A stretch of DNA of 63,006 nucleotides, counting the filler, from Nemertoderma westbladi (Eukaryota > Animalia > Xenacoelomorpha): the NCBI GenBank assembly GCA_032718475.1. It is 4 parts of 4 records of this genome, joined end to end, with 100 filler letters (N's around TTAATTAATTAA, not from the genome) between each part and the next. Parts side by side here need not be neighbours in the genome. Positions count along the whole stretch, not along the records: positions 20,497 to 43,044 come from JAUCBJ010006325.1; 3 more parts are not named here. One strand, given 5' to 3'. Under the pieces are notes generated by a model. The model worked only from the letters and a program-made list of their open reading frames with translations. It was not told the DNA's origin and did no database searches. Shown here piece after piece: positions 22,218-34,378 of the stretch. How positions within the stretch are numbered: the first letter of the stretch is position 1; each line of letters opens with the position of its first letter. The position numbers and the translations under genes were made by a program.

Positions 22218-24543
22218 TTAGACCGATAGGCGCGCGCTTCTGCCGTGATTCGTCGGTAATCTCCACGATACGTTCTCCTTCTTAGGGTAACAATGTAAAC
22301 ATAGATGGTCTTTCGATAAGAGATCCCGCACAGCGAAGAAACACGTCTCGAAATATACTAAATCCTGCTCGAGTAAAGGCATTGCACTGAGCGTCGGAAT
22401 TGTAGAAGGGTTCGAGAAATCGTCTAAACACGTCGGTATGAATTCTCCCTTCCGCGTAGAACGTATAATCTTCTCCGAGGCAAAGTGGATGTCTTTTAAG
22501 AGTCCGAGACACAATGTCGGCGACTAAGCAAACATTCACTGACGACTCTATCGCTAAATAATATTGTAATACTGCTCTTGGAGGCGAAGTGATAGCCCAA
22601 TATACGCATCCTCTCCATTTGAGCTGTGATTCAAACTCATTTATATCCGGAGTATCACCTTCTCCATACGTTTCGATGTACTTGGTTCTCTTACTTACCT
22701 TTTAATCCCAATTAAACATTAGGTAGGAGATATATCCAGTTCCAGTTTTCTGAGTATCATACTCACGAAAAAATCCTTGTTCTATAGACCACAAGATAAG
22801 AGTTCGAGTGTCGACGTAAGGTGTCGGTAGTCGGTCGTCACGGTCCGTCATGCCGGCGAAGTCGCTAATTAAATCCTCTCTCACTCCTGATCCAATCTTT
22901 ACAACAGTTTTATCTAAAATGATATTTCTTACCATCTTCGGTAACATTCTAGCATCGATATTACAAGCTTGATCCATCTTCTTTACTATATTAGTGATGA
23001 GATGGTGTCGCTTTGTATTCGCTGTAGGTATCGGCATTCGTTTGTCGCTCCTTTGTCTACTAAAAACATGCAAAACTCCGTCTGCCGCTCTAATTTGTAT
23101 AGTCTTGGAAGTCAGACTCTGTTGATGGCTGCCGCCTTCGTTATCATAAAACATGTAGCCATTCTCTTGAAACGATCTAAACGTTCTGTTCCATTCGTCC
23201 AGTAATTGCCAAATCTTCTCTATGTCCTTCTCGTCCTCGAAACGAATGACTTTACCTTGCCAGTCCGCAGCGATATCTGTATCCGACTCAAAGGTTCCTG
23301 TTCCAATCCATAAGCGAATTGTTCTGGTTAAATATCCTTTCAGGTTACTCGGAGCTATATCAGCGCCAGCTCTATCCAGTTCCCTAAAGTCTTGAATATG
23401 AGGCGGAACATTATGCACAACCTTTTGCGTAATATGTCTACGTAAATCATATATCTTAACCATATCGCTTGGAACAACTGCAGGAAGAAACTCCAAGTTT
23501 GAAATAATTTCCGGATGATCTACAATAGGTATTTCGTACGTCGTATCCTCTCAAACTGGTATACTAATAGGATAATTGAGTGTCGTACTCATTGGTTTCA
23601 CAGTCGAAGTACTATACGGTTGCATTTCTCTTGTCCTTTCCGGGGATGCAATCTGTAATCTCTGAATAACGTTTTGGGCAAAGTTTATACTTTCGAAAAC
23701 TTCCGGTGTCATTTCCTTAGCTGAAGTTTGATCGTGTGACGTCCAATGGTAAGGTAGGCTCGCGAGTCTTCCGCCCCATTCTTCCATCTCACCTTTCTCG
23801 AAAGCCTTGTAGGCTCTGTATAGGCTAAGAGCTTCTTTCTTTTCGCGGGTTGACTGAGTCGCCTCGTCCAGCGTAAGTTCAAATGCATCGGGTTCAACAA
23901 CCTTGGGTGGGTAAACGACAATTTCTCCCGCCTTTGGTCCAGTCATAGCAAATGAATGATATGGATTCGATAAAGGATACCCTCCTTCCTGGTAGCGTAG
24001 TTGTTGATGGTTCGAACACCTCGCCAATATTGGTTCGGGATTTTCCTTATTCAAACGCATCGGAATCGCATTTCGTTGTTCGCGCATACAAGCACCACAT
24101 TGATAATAAAGTTTATAAACTGAAAATGCTTCCTTCGTTTCTCTATCGTCCCCTCGAGTTTGTCTGTAAAGATGCATTCCATCGAATTCATCGCGTACCG
24201 CAGGCATAGGTTCATGCGCCTTCAGGTATTGCATGGTATGATACAAACGACTAATTTCAGTATCGGGGTCTTCGCTAATATCTCCCGTATCGCACAAAGC
24301 GTCGTACGGGTAAAGTTCGTTGAAGGTTTTGCGTAAACTTTCGATTCTTTCATTTAACGCATTTTGCCTTCTCTTTAATACGTTCGAGTCATATTTCGTC
24401 CTCGCGAGTTTCGCTGTACTTTCTGATAATTCCTTTATACCAAATATAGTGTAGTCTTTAGCTCCAAATCGTTCGAATGGAGCTGCTGCTTCCTCTTGGA
24501 TATCATATCCCCATCTCGGCTCTCCATGTATCCCCTTCTCCAT
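22218..24543 (-). pseudogene. Extra ORF downstream of the BEL/Pao integrase: coiled coil + CxxC..CxxH + DEDDy (RNase D/WRN/EXD-like) 3'-5' exonuclease; one reading frame broken by three nonsense codons
   Basis: ORFs 23551-24543, 22702-23496 and 22282-22539 share one frame; ExoI FYDNEG, TIQIR, LPKMVRNIILDKTVVKIGSGVREDL (ExoII), YVDTRTL, and W...VLQYYLAIE (ExoIII-like). Confidence 0.72.
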
Positions 24544-25197
24544 TATTGGAAGTAAAGGTTACATAATCATTGCTACTAGAGGGAATACAACAGAGTTTAT
24601 AGTTAGTTGTGAGGAGACGTGAGAGTTTTCGTCTGCCCTTTGGGCTCGACAGCGCTCTAACCTCCTACCCATAGCCTAAGATCTAAGGTTTCTTTAGTGA
24701 CACACTGTTTCTTATTTAAATTTTTGCCGAAATAAAAACGATTTGGGCTAAACTGGCTGTGAGTCTAAAATACTCACTTTTTGATCCCAAACTATTATCA
24801 GAAAATAAGCAGTCAAGAATTAGTAATAAATATAGGGAAGTCTATTTATTGACGTAACTTATTGAAACAAGACCATGTAAAATTTAATTAAAATTAAGAA
24901 AGGCTCGCAAGTTTTCCCCTCTTGTTTCTCTAATTTTAAGTTCCACCCGACTGTACCCTGAAATCTATTCACTGGAGAAAATTTTAAAATTTTTCAAATC
25001 CAAATGGATTGTCTAAAATTTCGAAAATGTCTCAATATTGTGAGTTCCAAGTAGAATTCCATTTCTTATACCTACAAATCCCGCTCCTATGTGAAACATA
25101 AGGGTACTACCCTCAATGTTCACATATAAAGACAATGGAATTCTACCGCTGTCTTTACTACAGTGTACAGGTACGTGGAAATCTATTTGTAAACTCC

Positions 25198-26945
25198 TTA
25201 ATATGTACTAACATTAGTTGGAGACTTGTAATCTCCAGACTCGTTCCGAGTCTCTTCAAGAAGTACGAGACGTTGAGTCGGTCTATCTACTGTACGACCG
25301 TCAATTGTCCGTACCATCACGGTTCTTGTCACTCCATCCATAGATGGATGTGTGGCTAAAATTACACCTGTTATCCAGAAGCGTCTTTTTAGATTCACTT
25401 CTGCTAACAGCACATGATCTCCCGGCTTTAATGCACGGGTGTTATTGTACCAAGTTTTTCTGGCAGAAATAGAGGGCAAATAATGGTTTTGCCATATTTC
25501 CCAGAATTTGTTAGCTATCTGTTAGCTATTTGATAGCTATCGCCTTCTATTGGAATAGAAATAGGCATCAAAGTAGTCGGTGCCTGCATTAGCAGGTGTG
25601 CCAGTGTTAAAGCAAATTGGGATTGTTTGTCATCGGGTACTAATACTATTGGTCTAGTATTTAGTATTGCCTCGATTTCAACAAACAATGTGGTCAGTTG
25701 GTCGTCTGTCAAGATGTGGTGTACTGGAATGACCTTTGCCATGGCTGTTTTGATAGATCTTATCAATCTCTCCCAGACTCCGCCTCTCCATGGACTATCT
25801 GGAGGATTAAACTTCCAAACAATCTTGTAAGGACGTAGTTCGTTTGAGATTTGATCATGATCTAATTTCTTAAAGGCTCTAGCAATTTCATTTCGAGCAC
25901 CAACAAAGTTTGTATCTTGGTCTGAGTACAAGCATTTTACTAATCCGCGTCTAGCGATAAATCGCCGCAATGCTAGTATAAACGCGTTGGTGGAAAGATC
26001 CATCACACGTTCAATATGAACTGCCCTACTGGACATACATGTGAAAATCAGTCCCCAGCGTTTTACTAGTATACATCCACGTTTCGTATGTATGGGACCA
26101 AAGCAGTCAATTCCAGTCTCTGTGAAAGGTGGTCTGAATGCTTGTAGTCGTGCTTGTGGAAGTTCACTCATTTCTTGGGTACCTATTCTAGGTACCTTTT
26201 TACAAATAATACACGTACGTGTCACTGAACTTAACGCTTTACTGGGTCTAATTAGTACAAATCTTGTACGTAAGTAGGAAAGACAGTGGTGTCTTCCAGC
26301 GTGTTTAAGATGTAAGTGTGCGTCCAGTATCATTGCACGTTGTAATTCGTGATGTTGCGGTATTATTATTGGATACCTAAAGTTTGTGTTAAAGTCAACG
26401 TTTTGAAGCCGAGATTTATGACAAATTAAGCCATTATAAATTATCGGACTCCAACTCAATATTGGTGACGACTTGATTGGTTGACCTTGACTTATAGATG
26501 TGAATTTGCGTGCGAAATATCGCAATTGATAATGGCGAATTAATTTAATTTCACATCTGTCAATCTCAGTCAATGTAAGTCGGCGTGTAAAGTCGCGTTT
26601 GCCTTTAACGTATTGTACAAAACGTACAATCCACGCTAATTTTCGGCAAGCGTTCGTCCAAGAATCTGTCAGGTTGACAATGCGGTTGACGTAAGTATTT
26701 ATGACGTTATCAGGTAAGTCAATGGTGAGTTTGGAAGGTTTTGTTTTACTAGATGGGCCCACGAGTCCGCCGGTAGGTATTCCCTTGTTGACCGTTGATC
26801 CGTCCGGGTCTACAAGTAATTTGTCCTTCTTCGCCTTCTTACCTTGATTGTCGGTACTTTCTGAGTCGATCGCTAATGGTGGTTTAAATTCTATAGGATC
26901 ACTGGGTTTCGGTAAACTTATTTTTCTGCCGATATTTATCCCAGG
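25198..26945 (-). mobile_element. BEL/Pao integrase region (HHCC zinc finger, DDE core, DUF5641-type C-terminus), one in-frame stop near 25515
   Basis: SWTNACRKLAWIVRF, YPIIIP, H-HAG...CIICKK, PFTETGIDCFGP, FTCMSSRAVHIE, LYSDQDTNFVGA, WKFNPPDSPWRGGVWERLIRSIK, EAILNTRP, W..G.I...HPSMDGVTRTV. Confidence 0.93.
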
Positions 26946-28145
26946 TCTCCGCTTTCGTCCTTCTGGGCTCCTCCCCGAGGCGCACCCACGAGGCGGACGT
27001 GTTTCCACCACCCCTGGGGCCAGTCTGACTGATGTTATTATCAGACCGGGCTGGAGGGTTGCCCGATGCTTCCCGGGTTCTGTTTTCGGTCCCCCGATCA
27101 CACCAGCACAGCTCGTCGAACATGTAGCCAGATGGGCGGCTACTGTCAACTTACTGTGGCCTGACTGTACATTGAGCCAACTCAAAGTATAACAAAGAGT
27201 CAACCGGCAGGTGGACCAGTCGATAGCGATCGAGCACCAAGGTCGCCCATGGGCCTAACCGACGGTCTTGTCCCAAGCGGGCTTGCGCTACCCAACATTG
27301 GAATTTTGACACGTTTTCACCTGCCTCACCGGCAGTATTGAGGGGAAGTAAGTTCCGCAAACAATACTGACTAGCTCGAAAGCTAGGAACAAGTAACCAC
27401 TTACCCGTCCTGTACACGTGTACTCAACAGATGTTCACAATATCAAGTACACTACGGTAAACACAAAATCTGACACATACCATGTACACACAGAGGACAT
27501 AATCGGGTAAGACAAAATCGGGGTCAAAATCGAGAAAGACAAAATCGGAGGGGACAAAATTGTATCGACAAGAACAGGAAAAGAGTCGAGAGTACCTTAT
27601 TTTACCGACAGGGTAAAATAACTTTGTGTGCACAAAGTATGCTGGGGCGCAGTAGAGATATGGTCCTACTAATACCAGCGGCGTCTGAACCAACTGGCAA
27701 GGGTTCCCATACTCACTCGCAGTGGCCACACATACAATCACGTGTACTCACGTACCCACAGCAACAGAAAGCTCAAAGACCCAGACGGTTTATTCCAATG
27801 CCACCAAAGACCAATCAGCTGAACATGGAGACGATAACATATAGTATCAAAAAAACGGAACAGCTGATGGCCAATGGAACCATCCAAGCCCCAAGCAAAC
27901 TGCCACTGATCGCCCACATACAAAACATAGTTCACACCACATGAACCACAAATCACGCCATGCCACCACCCCTACTGTGTACAGGACTGGCAGTACGGCA
28001 ACAGGCCGACTATACGGTACCACGGCACCATGGCAATTCATGGTTCGTTAGACACAAGGGCCTTCAGTGACTCCCTAGCACTATACAACCAATTCAACAT
28101 GCCCCCAGACCCTCACGAGTCCGCCGCCACCTCTTCACGGCACCC

Positions 28146-29670
28146 CTATAGAGACCTCACCTCTTTAGGTACCGTAGGTTGCAAGTTTGGTATGTCTCTT
28201 GAGCGCAAAGTAACGCCTGTATTTACATTTGCGTAGGTACTACCCACATCTGTAATACATGAGGTTTCACTGTGCTTATGGTTACTCAAGAGTGTCAAGT
28301 TTGGTTGTTTGTCAATAGAAGGCCGCTCCAATAGGGAAACTGCGGCTTCACTATTTGTCAATACGTTACTAGTGTCTTGTAGAACATTTTGTGATATGTC
28401 TGGTAAAATGTTTCACGGAACATCCGGCGAAACGTCTAGTGACATGTCTGGCAAAACGTCTGGTTGACCGTCTAGTAACACGTCTGGTTGACCATCTGGT
28501 AACGCGTCTGGTGTAGAAAGGCTCGCAAGTCTTCCCTTCTTAACTTTGCAAGTTATATCCTTCCATTTCGCCTTCGGTTTTTTCTTGAGTTTTGCCGTCG
28601 TCCGTTTCTTTGCTTTGTGGATTGGCTTCTGCCTTCCATGACCTATTGTATTCGCTACACACGTTGTACCTGTAACGTTGTCGTGTTTTGTCGAACGTAG
28701 TGTAGTATAGTGTCTGTCGTGTGAAAAGGAATGAGTCGAAGTCGTAGTTAATAAACTACATGTGCTTTGCACATCATCTTCTTTGTCACTTATATCTAGT
28801 GTGCGCACACGCGCTCGAGTATACCACCCTATCGGCGTTCTGCAGGCGTATGCGTTTCCTGCTACGACTACCGATGGTCTGGTTTCCCACACTTGATGTA
28901 AGTTGAATTGGTCTGTCCCGATCAGCATTGCTACTGACCGGTAATTAACAGGACATTCAGGTACACCAAGGTGTCTGAAATACTTACGGTCCTCTAAGGA
29001 TTGTTCTGGCACTGGACCCAGTAGTTTACTAAAGTCCTTTGTGGCTGCAAAAGTCAAATCCTTAAAGGGTAACAAAGACCTCTCCTTTTCGCTATGTTGC
29101 GATTTCAGAAGAAGAGTGTCTAAGTTCAACTTAACTCGTGTCACTGGTATTGCACGTTGTCCATGCATACTACTTACTGTGTATTTCATGTGCTTACCTT
29201 GTCTAAGATCTGTGACGACGTCAGCTACCTTCTCATCCACGTAACTGTGAGATGAGGCTGAATCCAAGATAGCATAGATCCGTTTGCTCCCCTTTGTGCC
29301 TGTAATCTTGACAGGAATTATACTAAATCCTTTGAGTTGATCAGGCGTCAGAAACGCAATCGATGGTTGTTCGTCCCCAGTGTTGAAATAAACGTCGTCG
29401 TCTTCCGACTCATCATCCGACGACCCGGATTGTTCTGGGAAACAATCCCGTATATGCGTCACAAAAGTTGGTGTTGTTCTTGATTCTCGTGTTTTGTAGA
29501 CAGTGTTACATTTCGCTGCGGCTTCTGGGTGTTCCCTGGTGAAGCGTTTCGTTGGTGTATGGCTATCCGTGTGGAAACACCAATTGCCGATGGGCTTGAT
29601 CTCTCAAACCAAAACTTCCTCTGCAGGGTTTGCGCGGCAGTAAAGATTGAAAGTCTGGAAGCTGGCATCC
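28146..29670 (-). mobile_element. BEL/Pao gag end and aspartic protease region with a long low-complexity linker
   Basis: IIPVKITGTKGSKRIYAILDSASSHSYV and MLIGTD...AYACRTPIGW (Pao peptidase); the frame continues through a TGA at 28413 to 28146; RT/RNase H absent. Confidence 0.82.
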
Positions 29671-29769
29671 CTAGGTATTATTATTATAAAGAGCGTCAGC
29701 CTGCGTTTAATAAATATATTTTAATACAAAACAGGTCGAACGCAAAGAGGCTTATAATGAAGACGACTA

Positions 29770-30784
29770 CAGTCATTCTGCCTAATTTGAGACATGGACC
29801 CAAACGTGAGACAAATTCAATATCACCTTCAAGGGGCTCCTATAGCCAAATAATTACAGAAACCTACTAAAACTAATTCGAATAATGATCTGTAACCATT
29901 CCTGTACATCGTTAGGTATAATTCAACCGGATTGGATATACTTATAATATTCTAGCGGCCCGTCAAAATCGAAGCTTTTTTTCATAAATTTTAAGGTTTT
30001 AAAATCGATATGAGATTTTTGCATTCCACTTTGACCTGATTCTCGAAATTATGACATTTTATAGTAAAAAGGCTATATTTTTATATAAAACTATTTTTAT
30101 GTGGTAAAGATTTCATAGTTTTACATTTGACTACTGTCTTTAATATGGTATCGGTTTCCATGAATTTCCCCTAATTTGAGACAAGGAAATTATAACCATA
30201 ACAAGAGACAAATGTAGGCTAGGCCTTTGTATCTAAGTATCTGAAGTATAGAAACCATAGGCCCCCTATACACATACATTATAATTGCATCTGACTTCTT
30301 TCCGAAAGTCACACTACAGTACCGGTAGGCCTACTGAATGTATCAGTTACATCAAGCTTAAATCATATATAGTACAGTCATTCTGCCTAATTTGAGACAT
30401 GGACCCAAACGTGAGACAAATTCAATATCAACTTCAAGGGGCTCCTATTGCCAAATAATTACAGATCTTTTGTCTCAAATAAAGGCTGTAAAAACCTAAC
30501 AAGATTCTCCGTAATATTTATGAGGTTATTTCATGTTAGTTATTAAAAAAAATTACAATTGAATTTCTTGTCTCACATTAGGGAATCGATGCCAAATTTG
30601 AGACATGCAACATTTCTTCAAAAATCAGCAACTGCTAGGCGAAATCAACTTTCGAGACCCGGAAAAATGGATTCCACGCCCCGGAAACCCCTTATTACAT
30701 AATTTCTGAGGAAGTCCAGTGTTTACATTTTTACACAGAACCCAACGAAGTTCAAAACCTGTCTCTTATATGGACCAATGACTG
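29770..30784. mobile_element. Tc1/mariner-type MITE (CAGTCATT termini, TA TSD) with a duplicated left end at 30375
   Basis: TA|cagtcatt...aatgactg|TA; interrupts the 13972-family repeat exactly at a TA (empty site gaagacgagTActgc near 14218). Confidence 0.78.
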
Positions 30785-31127
30785 TACTGCATTGATTATA
30801 TTCCTATAAACCACCTGGCTTTCCATATTGAACGTGCGTTTGGAAATAAGTTCGTGCTACACTTCCGTGGGTGGTAGATATCGCGGTTATGTATTGGTGG
30901 GTGGGGGGAGGGGGGGGGGGGTGCAGATTAAAAGGGGTGAACACGTACTGTCCCCCTTTCTTTGATTAATTGGTGGTGTGGGTTAATCTCTCATAACCTG
31001 ATTTTGTGATACAGCCGCACAATTTTAATTTGTATCTCATAACTGGGCCTCGTGCTGCGCGAAGGCCCCACGAACGTGTCCACTGTGAGTGCACTTCACT
31101 GCGACCTGCACCTGGCAGCAGGGGTAT

Positions 31128-31332
31128 GCTCCAGAAAGACCAAAATTTTGACAGTTAACTTTGAAAGTCCTCAGCAAGTCTCTGATCGGACGAGCATAAG
31201 CTCAAAAATTGGTATGCTTGAGCATGTGGATGACTTCTGTTACCTGGGATCATGGATCCGGCAGTCAGGTGAGGACCTTCGAATACGTAAGGGAAAGGCA
31301 TGGGCAGCCTTGAATAGGCTTTCCAGGATTTG
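31128..31332 (+). mobile_element. RTE family 1 internal fragment
   Basis: SRKTKILTVNFESPQQVSDR...YLGSWIR...KAWAALNRLSRI, matching the other family 1 copies. Confidence 0.9.
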
Positions 31333-31334
31333 CA

Positions 31335-32120
31335 TTATTTTACTGATGGGGCAGGAAGCCAATATAAAACAGATTTAACTTTGTAAACCTCGTCAACCAT
31401 GAGATTGATTTTGGTGTTGCTGCAACCTGGCATTTCTTTGCTAGCTGCCACGGGAAGCGTCCTTACTACGTAATTGGAGGGACAACGAAACGAACTGTAT
31501 CCAAACTTAGCCTGCAACGACCACTTTCCGATAAGATCGTTACACCTGACGAGTTCTTTCAGACAGCTGTCTAAAAAATTAAGGGAATAAAGTAAGTAAT
31601 TAATTAAAATAATGTTTGTTAATATTGTCTGCCTGTCTGTCTGTCAAAATATAACCGACAGTCTAACAGCCAAACAGATAATTTGGAAGTCATCAAAATG
31701 TTAAAATTGAAACTCGAAATGAATTCTGCGACCAGGAAATCCCCATAGCCATGATTTTCGGCGTTTGAAGGCACCAAACCACTGTTCACTGGCATCAGAT
31801 TGAATTGAAATGGTTTCTTCAGACTCACCTGTTTCCACTTCTTTGTCTTCTACTTCTTCGCCCTCACAATCGCCCTCATCATCCTGAACCTGTTCCCCGA
31901 TTTGGTGTTGGTCAATTTCTGTAACATCATCAGCTGGTAAAAATTCGTCTTCTGAAACATCATTCATGTCATATGGAAGTTCACCAACATCATTCTAATC
32001 CACATCTTCCAGTTCATCTTCTTCTGAACTTGAATTATAAGTAAGTTCAATTGCCTGTGCTATATTATAGTATCTCGTTCTTCTTCTTTTATTCCCAGGA
32101 GCTGTGGGAGTTTTCTTCAT
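31335..32120 (-). pseudogene. Two-exon fragment encoding an NLS plus acidic N-terminus (transposase-like or host gene remnant)
   Basis: ATG at 32120 (MKKTPTAPGNKRRRTRYY...SSSEEDELED), in-frame TAG at 31995, GTGAGT donor at 31828, polypyrimidine-TAG acceptor at 31571; splicing keeps the frame. Confidence 0.45.
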
Positions 32121-32379
32121 GTTATTGTTATAGTAGCACTACTCAATTCTACAAACATTGAAAAGAATATAAGAACATTGAAAACAATTTACCAACTAAA
32201 GCACAATTGACAGATAACGATTATATATTACATTAACTACATTAACTGGAACACATTAACTACCTAGGTGGCTAAACCAATGGATGCGCTGTAATTGGAC
32301 CCATGCTGTCCCTCCATTGGTTGATCTATCCCCTTGGCCAAACCTGGAACCTGCTCCTTTGCCTCAATGGGTAAAATGA

Positions 32380-32650
32380 TCATTTATTGTTTTGGTTAGA
32401 AAAGCCCGCCTCTGTAAGCTGCTCCTTTCCCTCAATTGGTAATGTAATCGTTTATTGTTTTGGTTAGAAAAGACCATCTATGTAACCTGCACCTTTCCTT
32501 CATTTGGTAAAGTGACTGTTTATTGTTTTGGTTAGAATGGCCCTGGCCCACCTCTGTATCCTGCTCCTTTCCTTCATTTGGTAAAGTGACTGTTTATTGT
32601 GTTGGTTAGAAAATCCGGCCTCTCTAACCTGCTCCTTTCCATCAATTTGT
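32380..32650 (-). repeat. About four diverged copies of the 68-bp satellite (reverse orientation of 57578-58318)
   Basis: tttattgttttggttagaaa...cctctgtaacctgctcctttcc. Confidence 0.85.
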
Positions 32651-32828
32651 AATGGTTTTTGGCTATAAAATGAGTGTTTTGCTATATCATATGGTAATTG
32701 ATTATCGACAACAACCACAAACTATTAAATTTAGAGTCTTTTACCACAGGCGCATATGGAAATCTATCTATCTCATAGTATATAAATAATGGAATTTTGA
32801 ATGTTTTGCCACAATTATTGTAAATTAA

Positions 32829-34378
32829 CCCTATTAGTACCGGGCTATAAAATGTTGTACAAATACCGGGGAGGGGTCATATTGACCCCCCCCCCCCCCC
32901 CCCCCTCTAAAATCTACAAATATTTACGAAAACGGCTGATTTTTTGTTTGTGCGTAGGTATCACTTGTCTGGATCCGACCGAAATTACAAGTAGTGCACA
33001 ATTTTCACCAAATTTGAAAGTTACATTTTCGGCTAATTATTTTTCCATACAGGTTTTCTGGGGTGCAAAATACATTGCAAAATATTAAAAAATGATATGA
33101 TTACTAAAATGGCTGTTTAGTCCTCTCTGCGTAGGAAAAAAAATGAAAAAACAAGTAACCAGCACTTTTCAGTTAGAACACAAAATTTTTAATTCACTTA
33201 TACGATGCTATAAATTCACATTTTCAGGTTTTTGAGGGCGCTGATTCTAATGGAATACATTTCTAATATGCCAGATCATTGTTACTTGTATTTTTCGGCG
33301 TAATTTGGCGAATTTTGGTGCTAGCACCAAATTTCGTACCCATCACCAAAAAGTACAAGTTTGCGATGTCCAGTGCTGTTTTTATTGATTCCATCGGATT
33401 CAGGACCCTCATAAACCCGTATAACGCAAGAAACAAGGTGATACTATCTACTTATCAATTTGCATATTTTCCAAAATATGGTGCTGGCACAAAAATTTTC
33501 ACCCACCGGCGAAAAATACAAGTTTGAGAACTCTTATGAAATTTTTACTGATTCCATTGAATTCAGAACCATCACAAACCCGTATAACGCAAGAAACAAG
33601 GTGACAAAATCAATTGATATATTTGATGGTTTTCAAAATTTGGTGCTAGCACCACATTTTGCTCCCACATCCGAAAAATACAAGTTTGAGATGTCTAGTT
33701 CGATAATTGTATTTTCCATTAAATTCAGAACAGCCATAAACCTCTAAAACGCAAGAAATAAATTGTCACAAGCAATTTTATCTATTGAACAGATTTTCAA
33801 AATTTCGTGCTAGCACCAAAATTTGCACACAGCACCGAAAAATACAAGTTTGATACGCTTGGTTCAACTCGTATATATTTCATCGAATCCAGAAACCCAA
33901 AAAACCCCAATTGCGTAAAAAACAAGTTTCAAACGATCAATTTACAAAATTGACTTATTTCAAAATTTGGTGCTGGCACCAAAATTTGGCACCCACCGAA
34001 AAAAACAAGTTTGAAATTTCTAAATCAATTTATATGAATTCCATCAAATTTGTAACACCAAAAAACCGGTGTAAATCAAAAATAGAGATGTTACAATTCA
34101 TATTTTTTAATGAAATGTAATTTTCAAAAAACGTCTCAAAAAAAGTGCCAAAAGTAGGGTTAAAAAATGGTGCTATAACTCGAAAAGTACCCAATATTTT
34201 TGAAAACGGTTTTCACTACTAGGAACAATATATTTTTAGGAGGAGGAGGAAGGACAATAGATTTTTAGGAAAAGTCATAAAATTTCAGATTCCCAACTGC
34301 GTTTGTTTCAGAATTATAATGAACCCCCCCCGGGGGGGGGGGTCATATTGACCCCCCCCCCCCCCGGGTTTAATAGGG
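32829..34378 (+). mobile_element. piggyBac-type non-autonomous element, copy A (1550 bp)
   Basis: TTAA|ccctattagtaccggg ... cccgggtttaataggg|TTAA; internal subrepeats with tggtgctagcacca palindromes; no transposase. Confidence 0.9.

Noticed and set aside
23551-23553. In-frame TGA as programmed readthrough or selenocysteine in the BEL extra ORF
   Set aside because: The same frame also has TAA stops and the element has other lesions; simple decay (e.g. CGA to TGA) is sufficient
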